The notes beneath the pieces are model-generated. The model was given only the letters and a program-made list of their open reading frames with translations, did no database searches and was not told the origin of the DNA. Shown piece after piece: positions 50,565 through 59,831 of a DNA stretch of 64,000 bases. The stretch is taken from NCBI RefSeq assembly GCF_036321535.1, contig NC_087447.1, forward strand, positions 33,978,001 to 34,042,000. The letters are read 5' to 3'. Position 1 is the stretch's first letter, and every line of letters starts with the position of its first letter. The position numbers were made by a program, and so were the translations under genes. Source of the DNA: Camelus dromedarius. Its lineage: Eukaryota.

Positions 50565-53500
50565 TATATATTTGGGAGGGGGGCAAGCCTTTTCTCAACG
50601 AGGGTAGCTTTATTGCTGCACTGGTCCTAGCAGAGCCGCGTAGCTCTTTGATACATGAACTTAAGGACTCCTGCTGCCCTTCTACACGTATAAGATAATA
50701 TAATAAAAGCAGGGAATTAGCCATCTCACTTGTTGCTCAAAAATGATATTTTAAAGAAATTTATTAACCATATTGGGAAAAGGTAATTGGTATATCACAA
50801 ATTCTCCAAACCATGAGATTGATCTGAAAATTCTAATAAGAACAGAAAGATTTTAAAGTGCAACGTCTTCTCTGAAAGCCATGGTAAGCATGTATTTTTC
50901 TAGGCCAAAAAAATAAAGTTTCATCTTGAAAAAGGTCTTTTAAAAAGTAATGTCCTTTTTCTAAAGCCTCTTTTCCTCTGGAAACATATTCTGGGGGTTG
51001 TCTTAACCATTGTGAAGTCCAGAAAAATGAGCCATTCTGAAATAATGAGACGTTTCTCCCAGCAAAGTTTCATTCATAACAAACTGCATGTCCAGCTTGT
51101 GGGCAAATCTAGATCCCATTTCTCTCCCATTTCTTACTTCTGGCCATATTTCCAGACAGCAGTAATAGAAATAGAAAGGTTTGGCACCTGAATTCCGGCC
51201 TGTACCTCTGGTAAAATGCTAGGCAGAAGAGATTACAAAGATGAGACAAAATTCAGCTTTGGGATTCTCTGAGGATGGCCAATTATTCATCCTCCCCAAT
51301 TGCACTGGTAATCAAGAGTTGTCTTAAAATAAGTAAGTTTTATTTCCTGAATGGAAGAGAATGGCTAATCACGATTTTTCATAGAAAACAGTTCTCTCTC
51401 ATCACTTTGATAATCAAATCAGATTATTTATCAACAGCATATTAGAAATAGCAACATGAGTTAATTGTATTGGTTTGAGTCATAGCAAATGAGTTGACTA
51501 AAAGCCATTAGTAACTTAAAGGAAACATTTAATCAGAATGATGAGAGGCTTACACTGAACTGGCTTTTGAGCTTCCCTGCACTGTGAGTTATCAATAACC
51601 AGCATGACTAAATCCTCAGCTCCTCCGTTGCTAGACCTCGCCACCCATCCAAGATAACGCAAAATGAGTGAGAAGGGTATGGAATGAATGAGGACATGGA
51701 AGCTACTGTGAAAACACGACGCTGTCAGCTTTGACAAATGGGGCCCTGTGAGTACTGGCCAACTTCAGATCCACTTGGGGTATCCCTGCACTGAACTCAG
51801 GGAGAAGCAAACGCCAATCAACTCCACAACCTCGGTAGCAAAGCTAAAAACTGGGGGGTGGAATTTTCTAAGCGGAATGGGAAAAACTGTTCAAAATGCC
51901 ATTGTAAAGAAAGTCAAGGGGCTCAGTGGGATTATGGAAACATGGAGAAACACTGTACTGGAGATTGGATCTATTCAATTTGCCATTTTGAGGCTGAGCC
52001 CCGCCCCCCAGTTGAGAACCATTCACTGACTGCTAACAACCACACTGTGAAACTTTTACTTACAGCACAAGGTCAAAAATTTTTCCAAGAGAAGGGTGAT
52101 TTAATGCTATCATAGGCAATTGTGTAAATAAATAGATAAGGAGTATGGGTCGTGATGGGATAACCAGCGACGCACACTCCAAAAAATACTTTGGAACTAA
52201 GTAAAAACCACTTGAGAGTAACTGCTCTAGGATCTGGGACTTTGTGGCCAACATACGATGATGAAGACATGACACATATGGAATGAAAGATGAGTGCTTC
52301 ACGTAAAGTCTCATGAAACAAAAAACTACAAGGAGGTGGTTATTTCCTCAATCCTGGCGTTCAGCTGAGCCCAGCACTGATTTTAGTAGAAACCTGTCCA
52401 CAAACCACTTCTCTGGATCGACTCCCAAAGGTCTGTGCACTGAAGGGAAGAGCCAGCCTGGGCTTCATCCGAGGGGATGCGGTTTCTGAGACTCGACTCC
52501 GTGAGGCAGCACCCACGGGGGTCTGGGGATGTACTCACCCAGTTCTTTCTCTTCTTTTTCTTTGAATCACTCTCTATGTTGCTGCCCACGCTGGAGTGGC
52601 TGGTGGCGCTGTTGATGCTGGAGACACTGTCAGAGGAGTGCTGTCTGCGGATGCGGAGGTCTGCGGACTGGGAGGTACCATTTCCTAGAGACCCAGGGCA
52701 GGAAATCAGGAGCTGCTGACTTGGGGAAGGACCCTTACACCTAAACTCACACATTCGAGGATGAGGAGGTATTTCCCAATTAGACATCACCTCCTGTCCC
52801 TCGATGCTAGTTTTAGGGTCCTCGAATAAGTGGGTGCTATGCTTTGGTCAGTTAAAAGAAGGCTCTCTCCATTTTACAAAAGTCAGAGGAGGCTTAGAGA
52901 GAATTCCCCCACACCTGCTCCCTTGAGCCTTAGACCTAGGCGCTAGAGTGTGTTCCCGAGTTGCAGCGACAGTCACCTATGTTGAGAGCACCCCCTCCTT
53001 TGCTCTGTCCGCTCCTGCTGCACCAGCCTCCTCACACACCCACAGAAATGCCAAGCCCATCTCCTCTCAAGATTTTCCAAGTGCTGCTCTCTCTCTCTGG
53101 AATGCTCATCTCCCTCTGCTCTGCCCTCCCATGTCAAGTCCAGGCTTTTTCAGGAGGCCTGATGTCTGAGGTAACAGTGGTACCAGAAATAACACTGCCC
53201 AAAACGGCAGCGAGACCGAAATAAAGTTTGCAGACAGCGTTCCTCATAATCACAGCACGACACTGGCCATCTGGTCTTTAAGAGCACTGGTGCCAGGGTC
53301 AGATCTGGGTTCTGGCCCCACACTTCTGTTTCTTACATCCTATGACCTCAGGATGGGACTCTCGCCTCTGAAGCCCAGTGTTACTCTCAGCACAAAGTGA
53401 AGAGGACCCGTATCGCACACGTAAGGGTGTTGCGGAGAGAGAACGGGATAATTAAGTAAGTGCAACACTGAGCGTGGTGCCGAGAACACAGCACAGGGGT

Positions 53501-56500
53501 TAGAACAAAGTGAGTGTTCATAAATGTTAGCTCTCATTATTACCATTAATATCATTTTTGCTGGAGGTAACTCATCCTCAGGCTCACCTCTGTACCCGTG
53601 CCCCCCAAGGAAGATACACAAGGACACAGCAATTTCCTCCGAAATATTTTCTGGGACAAATGAGAGACAAACCCATTTCAGGTTGCCCCACATCAACATG
53701 TGAGTATCAAAGCATTCGTGAAGTTAAGGCTGTGAAACACTTTGACATTTTGCCAAGAGAAATACATTTTCTTCCATTTTTGAGATGCATCAGAGGAGAG
53801 GGCGAGCTGGAACAGCTGTCTTCCTGGAGGCCGGAAGGAACTGGATTAAGTGCTTTCCAGGACCTGTCCGAGTGACACGGACACCCACCCTCTGGCAGGG
53901 AGGCTGCATCGTACGTTGTCAGGGGAGGGTTCCTACGGGCGGGCAGGCAGCTGGTCTGAAGGCTGTTTCTCTGCCGTTACCTTTGCAGGTGAGCTCCGGG
54001 GTGTTAATTACTCCATTAATGGCCGCCTGGGCAGCTGCATTCTGCTTCTTCAACAGCTCAATGGTTTTTCTTAACTCATTCAGTTCTGAATCCTGAGGAA
54101 CAGAAAAAAGTTACCGGTCATTCCCAAATCATTCCATATAGTTTTCCGCTGAAGTGCAACTCAGTGTCAACTTAGAGGGGAGAGAACCTTTGTCTCAAAC
54201 ACTAGGTTGGATCAGTTTTCAACAGGCATCCGTGAGCAGCCGAAAGCAGCAGGAACAGGAGTAAGATCTGTTGCCGATGGAGTGACCACCACTCCGTCCA
54301 GGACGTTTCTGTCATGCAACAGATCTACTCTTTCAGATTTAATTCCTACAGTTCAACAAGTATACTAAAATCTATACAACTATCTGGAGTCCAAGAGAAC
54401 AGTGTTTTTAGGTCTGTTGTTAATTCCAAGCGGGGAGGGAAAAAGCATCCTTTCTGCTTTACCTTCTGCTCAGCCGTCATGGTTAAGCTCTGGAGCCTGA
54501 TTGTCATGTTTCCAAGACTCTGTTCAAAGGCTGCCACGAGGTGAGCCTGGAGAGGAAAGACATTTCCCTTACGTTACCTTCAGTTATATTACCTCGCAAG
54601 GCAGGAGCGCCAGGTCTTAAGACTAAAATCCGCCCGGGGCCACGTGTGTGAGCCTCCACCTACTTCTTCCGCCTCTTGAGCCCCGCTCCCCACGACTCTT
54701 TGGGATCCGGTTCCTGGAGGCTTTCATGTCCTCCAACGCCCTGGGCTCCTTCCCACCTTAGAGTCTTTCTGCACACTCTCCTCTCTGCCTGGGCTACTCT
54801 CCTCCCATCTGCTTCTCTAACTGATTTTTACATATTCTTCTCGAGAGCTCTCCGTGCATGAATTCATAACACCCCCAGGCGGGGTCAGGTCTCCACATTC
54901 ACTCTCTAAAGCACACTGGGTTGCCGATCTGTACTTCGCAGTATCACACGCAAAGTACTTGTGATGCTACGAAGTCTCTTGTGATGGCTGATGTTCGCCT
55001 GTCTCTACTACACGGCAGGATGACCTTTTGTTTCCTCAGCACCAGGCTCACAGGAGAGGCTCACACTGAGCCTGTTTGCAGGATGAATGAACCAAGTGGA
55101 GTTTGCTTGTTATAATCCTGGTTAATAAAAAGCCACTAGAAGGCCCACCTGCTACCTCCTTAGAGAACCCCCTGTCCCCCGGGCAGTTACGACTTTCCCT
55201 GGGGCCCCCCTGCACTTTCATACACCTCTATTAGAAGATGGCATCAGAGACACCGTTATTTTACTATTACAAAGACGGTTTTTCAAATGCTGCCAATTAG
55301 AGTTAAAATATGCATCCAATTTTCAGAGATGTTAAAAGCATGAAAAAAATGCATATCTTAGAATTGAGAACCGTGATTGTTCCCCGTCTGCCCCTTTCTC
55401 TGCAACCCTCTTTAAGGGCAAGATGCAACTCTTTGTCTTGACACTAAGCCTTCTTCCTTCTTCCACAGAGCGGTAGGTGAAATATTAGTTGGTTGACTGA
55501 GGATCCTGATAATATTGTTGACACCCAGGATAAAGAGTGGACAAGTCATCTAAGTCTACTGGCCTCAGTTTCTTCATCTATAAAATGGGGGCCACCTGTC
55601 TATGTTCCTCCCAGGGTGACTGTGAGCACTGAATGCAACAACATAGTTGAAAATAAACTGTTAAGGAACTGCAAAATGTAGAAATGACTGGAGACCGTGG
55701 GGAAAGGAAGAGGTTTGGGAATGAAAAGTGACAAAAGATGAGAACATAGGCGAGGTGAGGTGACAAAAGATGAGACACCTATGAGAACACAGGTGCAGCG
55801 AGATTGAGAAAGGGTTCTAGGAGCTGGGTGGAAAGATACTCAGAAGGTCACGGGAGGAATCAGAAGGGCCAGCAGGATACTTGAGTCTTGAGAGAAGTGA
55901 GATCTGATGGTTCTGTAAAGTTCTAGAGGAAGAGGTGACTGATGCAGGAGTGAGGGAGAAAAGCGGAGTAACTGTGTAGGGGAGGGGCCATCGCCCTGAG
56001 CTGCGAGCTGGGTCTGGGTCAGGGTCAGCGGACATTTCTGTTGGAGGAGGAGAGACTTGAGGAGTGAGTTACTCTGTTACTAGACTTCATCAGGCCGGAA
56101 GAGTTAAGGGTAAGACATCTCTAGGATCAGCCGTTGAGTCTCTTTCCCGATAGCCGTAGGAGCTGGCAGGAAGCAGGGGCTCTTGTGATAGAAATGTTAA
56201 GTGGACTGGTCAGTTTCTTTCCGATGGCACATCCTCCCTTCATTGAAAATTGAGAAAATGCCTTTGTGATTTAAAATACAGAGATACGCTTTAGTCTGCC
56301 CTGGAAAATGTGGCAAAACTAAAGCCAATCAATTCAAGAAGGCACATAGAAGATGAAGGAAGCGAACCAGGACAGGGATGTGAAAAAGGACAACGGACAC
56401 CCTTGCCTTTCCAGGGAATGACAAGGTCAAATTTAAATGACCGAATTTCCATGTATTGCAATTCTTTGTTTGATTGCACCCAAGATTCTCTTTGTGGACA

Positions 56501-59133
56501 TTCCTAATTTCTCTTCAGGTTAAAAAAAAAACAAAAACCTGACCCCATGAAGACTGCTATGAAGAGACAGTTTTTGCAAATTCAAGAAGAAACCACATTT
56601 GCTCTGAAGAACTAGAGGATCACATTTTGCTGCCGAGCAAAAGGACTTGGGGTCCTGTGTGCAACTTTAAAAATACAGGCTGAGAGGCTGTTCCGAGCCT
56701 GGTTCAGAGCCACAAAACATCCCTCACGTCAAGCACCATTCTCACATTCCCAAGGAAAACAAACACAAGTGGTAAAAAAACACCCAGAGAAGGTGGCTTT
56801 GAGTAGTCTGTCCTAGAAAAACAAACACAGCTTGGCCTGTGAGAAAGATGGCAGACAATAAAACATGCTAGCACTGCTGGCCGTGTGTGGCAAGACTAAA
56901 TGTTTACTTTAAAACAATACTGGATTCAGTGGCTTTGGTGAAGAGCAAAACACACTTCTGGAATAGTAATAATAATGTAAGGGGTCTCCCTTATTCTTCT
57001 GGAACAGAGAGGAGAGTTCCAAATGGTCTGATGTAAGGTCCCTCGGGGCAGCATGTGGTCATCGGAGGAACTGATCCAAGTTCATGGATAATTAAATTAA
57101 TTACTATTTTCTGATTAGTACAGAGCAGCAATTGACAGCTGTAATTCTTAACTAAGAGGGTAGTTCCAAGTCACCTGCTGTCCAACCTCACATGTTCCCA
57201 GGAGACCCTGGCTCACTGGGCCTGGGCAGGCTCTGGATTTGAATGGATGCATCTGGTTACCGAGAAGACAACTACCCAAGAATACCTCTGCTCTTCTGAC
57301 TGGGATCTAAACCTCAAAATTCGGATCTCACAGCAATTTCTGATCTTCTTTTGATAAAGTTACTGACGGAAAAAAAGGTTAAGAAGATAAAGGATTACAA
57401 AACACATAGCAGCCTAGTATATTAGGGTTTGGGGAAAAAAATCAAAGATTTCAGGAATGCAAAAGAATGCAGGAGAATGAGTAATAATGCAAGTAGCTAC
57501 CGATCACTGAGTTTGTAATCAAGGTCAAGCACTGTGCTAGGCACTTCATGTGCAGACTTTAACGTGCAATGGTTGCCTTGAGCAGACCAAGGCTCAAGCC
57601 AGGAATTACCTGGGCGAAAGCTCCAGGTAAATGTTAATTACCTTCCTAGTTCAAAGAAGGCAATCTTTCGAAGCTGCTTTTCATTTTACCAGCATGCAGG
57701 GGTCACGCAGGTCTCTTTCTGACAGGCTCACACACAGAGCCTGTGGTCTCAGGCTGGGCTGTGCACACCTGAGTAGGAAGCCCTCCTTCTAAGGTATCTT
57801 AGCACCTTCCAAAACCTCAGGCTCTGCCTTCTGAGCTTCAGCCCTGGCTGGCTCATGGCTCTGCAGCAAGGCTCCTTCATTCATAAACTAGTCTGATGGG
57901 ATATGGAGATCTCTGACCCTACTCTGACCCCTCAAATCCTATACTCACACCGCAGTGAGGAAGCCACCCTAACTACCTCACTGCTCTGCTCATAGGGCTC
58001 CGCTATTCTCCGCTGGAAGCTCAACTCTCCACCTAACAGCAGAGACCTCCATGATGTGGCCTGACCCTTGCCCTTCTTCGATGCCTTCCTCCTTCCCATT
58101 TCCTTCTCCCCTCTACCCCTGGCTCTTCCCCACATCCAAGACACAGATTCTAATTACACCGAGCTATTTACAATTTCTAAACGCACCAAGATCTTCACCT
58201 TGGGCTTTTGCACCAACTACTCTCTTTCATTAGAATGCTTTCCTTCCCATGCATCCTCCCCTACGCAGCATCCCTCAGAGGTCACCTCCTCCAGGAAGCC
58301 TTTCCTGACCTCCCCCTGCCTCACCAAGGCTGTGCTAAGTGCTCCTCCTATCTATTCCCACAACCTTCACCCTTTATTTCTATCATAACAGTTATCTTGT
58401 TATAGCAAAACTGTTTTGTCTCTCTGCTGTACCAGAGAGACAGCACTAAGATGACGGTGACTGTGCTTGCTTTACTGTTGAATTCACAGTGCCCAGGGCA
58501 GAGTTGGCACTTAGACAGTTGCTGAATTGAACGCCAGTTGGCAGTGTCTCTTGAACACGTAATTGTGTATATTATAATTACAGAGCAGTCAGATATTTAC
58601 TGTGGCGCCTTAGATCTCTTTTTTTTTTTCCTCTTAAGATGAAAATTTTCAGAGAAAGGGAAGAGAAAGGAACATTTCTGAGCACTGAATATATTCCAGG
58701 TACTGATCACATGACACTCCTGAGAGGTAAGTATTATCATCCCCCAATGCATGGACGAGCAAAGGCAGGCCCAGAAGTTAAAGAATTTGCCCAAAGCACA
58801 GAGCTAGTGAGTGTCCAAGCCGACATCCACACCCACGATGCTAAAGCCTGTGTCCTTTTTATGACACCACATGGCTTCTATAATGCTCAGAAGGTAGTCG
58901 TGGGCACCGCCCTGGGTCTCTACTCACATTTGCTGTCAGCTGGGTGGTCAGAGCTGAAACCTTCTCCTGGGAGGCATCCAGCTCCCGCCGTAGTTTGCGA
59001 ATCTAAAGATGACAAGGGACAGAGTTACTTGCCTTGGGAGTCCACTTCCAGGTTGAGCTGGGCGAAATAATTGATAATCGATAAAGGAAATCAGCAAACT
59101 GTTCCTTACCTCTGACTGGCATTTTTCTTCTGG
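19413..59133 (-). CDS. NAV2: Neuron navigator 2, 3' portion (19 coding exons, 804 aa in window; 5' exons outside window)
   Basis: Spliced translation [22 protein letters not shown]...GPSGTGKT...[11 protein letters not shown] matches the mammalian NAV2 C-terminal half as I recall it. All introns are GT-AG and exon phases join without frameshift (2415 nt total). Confidence 0.97.
19690..19860 (+). mobile_element. MIR SINE
   Basis: gggttcgagtctcggctccaccactgactagctgcgtgaccttgagccagttacttaa...gcctcagtttc (MIR core). Confidence 0.75.
22258..22461 (-). CDS. NAV2: NAV2 penultimate exon [14 protein letters not shown]...SDAEGDPL
   Basis: ttccag|CTCTAT...CCGCTG|gtgagt; 204 nt; within ORF 22219..22581. 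Confidence 0.95.
22651..22752 (+). mobile_element. MIR SINE fragment
   Basis: ttaagagcactagctttggagtcagactggcctgggttcacatctcagctctgccact. Confidence 0.7.
26415..26655 (+). mobile_element. Older L1 3' end fragment
   Basis: taagtcacagggatg...acagatggtaactagacttaccatggt...tacctgaaactaatataatattgtatgtcaattata plus an A tail. Confidence 0.75.
27923..28041 (-). CDS. NAV2: NAV2 exon [40 protein letters not shown]
   Basis: ccccag|GGCCCC...CTCCAG|gtgaga; 119 nt. Confidence 0.95.
28957..29153 (-). CDS. NAV2: NAV2 exon [23 protein letters not shown]...HSSSDVTI
   Basis: ccccag|GTGGGTG...CATAG|gtaggg; 197 nt; overlaps ORF 28856..29149. Confidence 0.95.
29270..29463 (-). mobile_element. MIR SINE
   Basis: ccattttacagatagaaattctgagacacagacaggttacgtaacttgtccaagatca...gctctaaccact. 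Confidence 0.7.
29490..30060 (-). mobile_element. LINE-2 fragment
   Basis: ggagctcagtctagtggaggaggcagat...ggatttcatcctgggggcgatggggccactgaagg, reverse L2 3' region. Confidence 0.6.
30545..30735 (+). mobile_element. MIR SINE
   Basis: tagagtcagggacctgggttcaagtcagctctgccaatgactggctgcgtgacc...gttgtgagaatcaagtgag. Confidence 0.7.
30752..30823 (-). CDS. NAV2: NAV2 exon [25 protein letters not shown] (sensor-1 region)
   Basis: ccacag|CCCTTAC...TTCAG|gtaagc; 72 nt. Confidence 0.94.
30974..31128 (-). CDS. NAV2: NAV2 exon with Walker B-position motif (VIILDNLHH)
   Basis: ccacag|GAGCTG...CAGATG|gtacag; 155 nt. Confidence 0.94.
31860..32080 (-). mobile_element. MIR SINE
   Basis: tgtgccaagtactgctctagg...ccattttacagatgggaagctgaggcac. 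Confidence 0.65.
32240..33469 (+). mobile_element. 5'-truncated intronic LINE-1 (antisense to NAV2)
   Basis: L1 ORF2-end and 3'UTR motifs with internal deletions. Degenerate 19-bp TSD aaaagcccaactcttcaag (32221-32239) / aacagcccaacttttaaag (33470-33488). Confidence 0.9.
34720..34955 (-). CDS. NAV2: NAV2 exon with AAA+ Walker A (GPSGTGKT)
   Basis: atgcag|GACTTG...AGCAAG|gtgagg; 236 nt; within ORF 34636..35034. Confidence 0.96.
35653..35825 (+). mobile_element. Short L1 3' tail insertion
   Basis: Perfect TSD aaaccagtatatg at 35640-35652 and 35826-35838; L1 3' motif gctgtacacctggaactaacaca. Confidence 0.82.
38215..38383 (-). CDS. NAV2: NAV2 exon [30 protein letters not shown]...TTISVAVK
   Basis: ttccag|GAATAC...GTCAAAG|gtactc; 169 nt; overlaps ORF 38066..38359. 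Confidence 0.94.
40067..40162 (-). CDS. NAV2: NAV2 exon [32 protein letters not shown]
   Basis: ccttag|GATTCC...TTCAAA|gtaagt; 96 nt. Confidence 0.95.
42287..42387 (-). CDS. NAV2: NAV2 exon [34 protein letters not shown]
   Basis: tcgcag|ACATGT...AAGGAG|gttagt; 101 nt. Confidence 0.94.
43123..43285 (-). CDS. NAV2: NAV2 exon [20 protein letters not shown]...NLAESSSL
   Basis: tcgcag|AGTGAA...CCTGG|gtgagt; 163 nt; within ORF 43061..43333. Confidence 0.95.
44381..44534 (-). CDS. NAV2: NAV2 exon [51 protein letters not shown] (coiled coil)
   Basis: ctctag|CATTTCA...ATGCAG|gtgaga; 154 nt; overlaps ORF 44297..44521. Confidence 0.95.
48610..48748 (-). mobile_element. tRNA-derived SINE (camelid-like), sense to NAV2
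   Basis: Minus strand ggtagagcgcatgcttagcatgcatgaggtcctgggttcagtcaccagtac plus poly(A); TSD-like acctgttct / acctattct flanks. Confidence 0.78.
49594..49766 (-). CDS. NAV2: NAV2 exon [26 protein letters not shown]...RTSHSNS
   Basis: attcag|TTACGC...AACTCTCT|gtaagt; 173 nt, ends phase 2. Confidence 0.95.
50168..50176 (-). CDS. NAV2: NAV2 9-nt microexon VNE (probably alternative)
   Basis: ttgcgttttctctggcag|GTCAATGAG|gtaagc; gives KNW-VNE-LRSSF, as in long NAV2 isoforms as I recall them. Confidence 0.88.
50506..50571. repeat. (TA)n(TACATA)n(TA)n microsatellite
   Basis: Directly visible; produces the YTYTYT/YVYVYV low-complexity ORFs. Confidence 0.95.
52539..52684 (-). CDS. NAV2: NAV2 exon [20 protein letters not shown]...[12 protein letters not shown] (Ser-rich, basic cluster)
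   Basis: ctctag|GAAATG...AACTGG|gtgagt; 146 nt; within ORF 52383..52790. Confidence 0.95.
53981..54092 (-). CDS. NAV2: NAV2 exon [37 protein letters not shown]
   Basis: cctcag|GATTCA...TGCAAAG|gtaacg; 112 nt, ends phase 1. Confidence 0.95.
54463..54546 (-). CDS. NAV2: NAV2 exon [28 protein letters not shown]
   Basis: ctccag|GCTCAC...CAGAAG|gtaaag; 84 nt; overlaps ORF 54346..54537. Confidence 0.95.
58020..58530 (+). mobile_element. LINE-2 fragment
   Basis: tcacctcctccaggaagcctttcctgacc...cagtgcccagggcagagttggcacttag...gctgaattgaa, an L2 3' end. Confidence 0.6.
58928..59002 (-). CDS. NAV2: NAV2 exon [25 protein letters not shown] (coiled coil)
   Basis: ctttag|ATTCGC...GCAAAT|gtgagt; 75 nt. 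Confidence 0.95.
59110..59133 (-). CDS. NAV2: NAV2 24-nt microexon PEEKCQSE
   Basis: Minus strand reads ttttctttacag|CCAGAAGAAAAATGCCAGTCAGAG|gtaagg; phase 0/0. Confidence 0.93.
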
Positions 59134-59321
59134 CTGTAAAGAAAATGGAGAAAAAATTAGATCAGCCAAGGAACAAAGAAAAGCACATCCCAGCCTGAAG
59201 GGAGCACCAGATTTGATACTTCAGCAGTCTTGAAGACTTACTAGTTTCTTTCCCAGTATACTTTCCTAGACTGGTTTAATTAATTTGACCAATCAGAAAG
59301 GCCAAATACAAACAGCATATT

Positions 59322-59511
59322 TTTTATTTCTTTGTTTAATTTTATTTTTTGTTGAAGTGTGGTTGATTACAATGTCAGTTTCAGGTGTAGAGCAAAGCAG
59401 TTCTGTCTGTTATTTACACACATATGTATATATTTTTTCTTTTCAGATTCCTTTCCATTATATGTTATTATAAGAAATTGAATATAGTTCCCTGTGCTAT
59501 ACAGCAGGTCC
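59322..59511 (-). mobile_element. Short L1 3' tail insertion, sense to NAV2
   Basis: TSD acaaacagcatatt (59308-59321) / acaaacagcacatt (59512-59525); reverse L1 motif ttgaatatagttccctgtgctatacag. Confidence 0.82.
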
Positions 59512-59659
59512 ACAAACAGCACATTATTTTAAGAAATTAGGAAGAATAAGGAAATACTCTAGCTATTTTGGTCATGAAGAGCACTCCTGCTCTCACATGG
59601 ATATGATGTTAGGGTCTGGCACTCAGGAGAAGGTGTGATGAGAAGAGAATGAGCTGGGG

Positions 59660-59831
59660 CAGGGCTACCAGATTTAGCCAATAAAAATACGAGACACCCA
59701 GTTAAATGTGAATTTTTTTAGTTTAAGTATGTCCTGTGCAATAGTGGAGAAATATTAATGCTAAAAAATTGCGTGTTTTTATCTGAACTTCAAATTTAAC
59801 TAGGCATTCTGTACGTATCCTGGCAATCGTA
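59660..59831. mobile_element. MER53-like palindromic DNA transposon (MITE)
   Basis: cagggctaccagatttagccaataaaaatac...cccagttaaat ... atttaactagg...tcctggcaatc; the inverted arms resemble MER53. Confidence 0.75.

Noticed and set aside
53919..53980. Intron start that also translates as GNG, like the next exon; possible exon extension
   Set aside because: In-frame TGA after about 20 codons and no convincing alternative donor before it.
55728..55776. Direct repeat gtgacaaaagatgaga with a short spacer
   Set aside because: Only two copies; a simple local duplication, not a CRISPR-like array.
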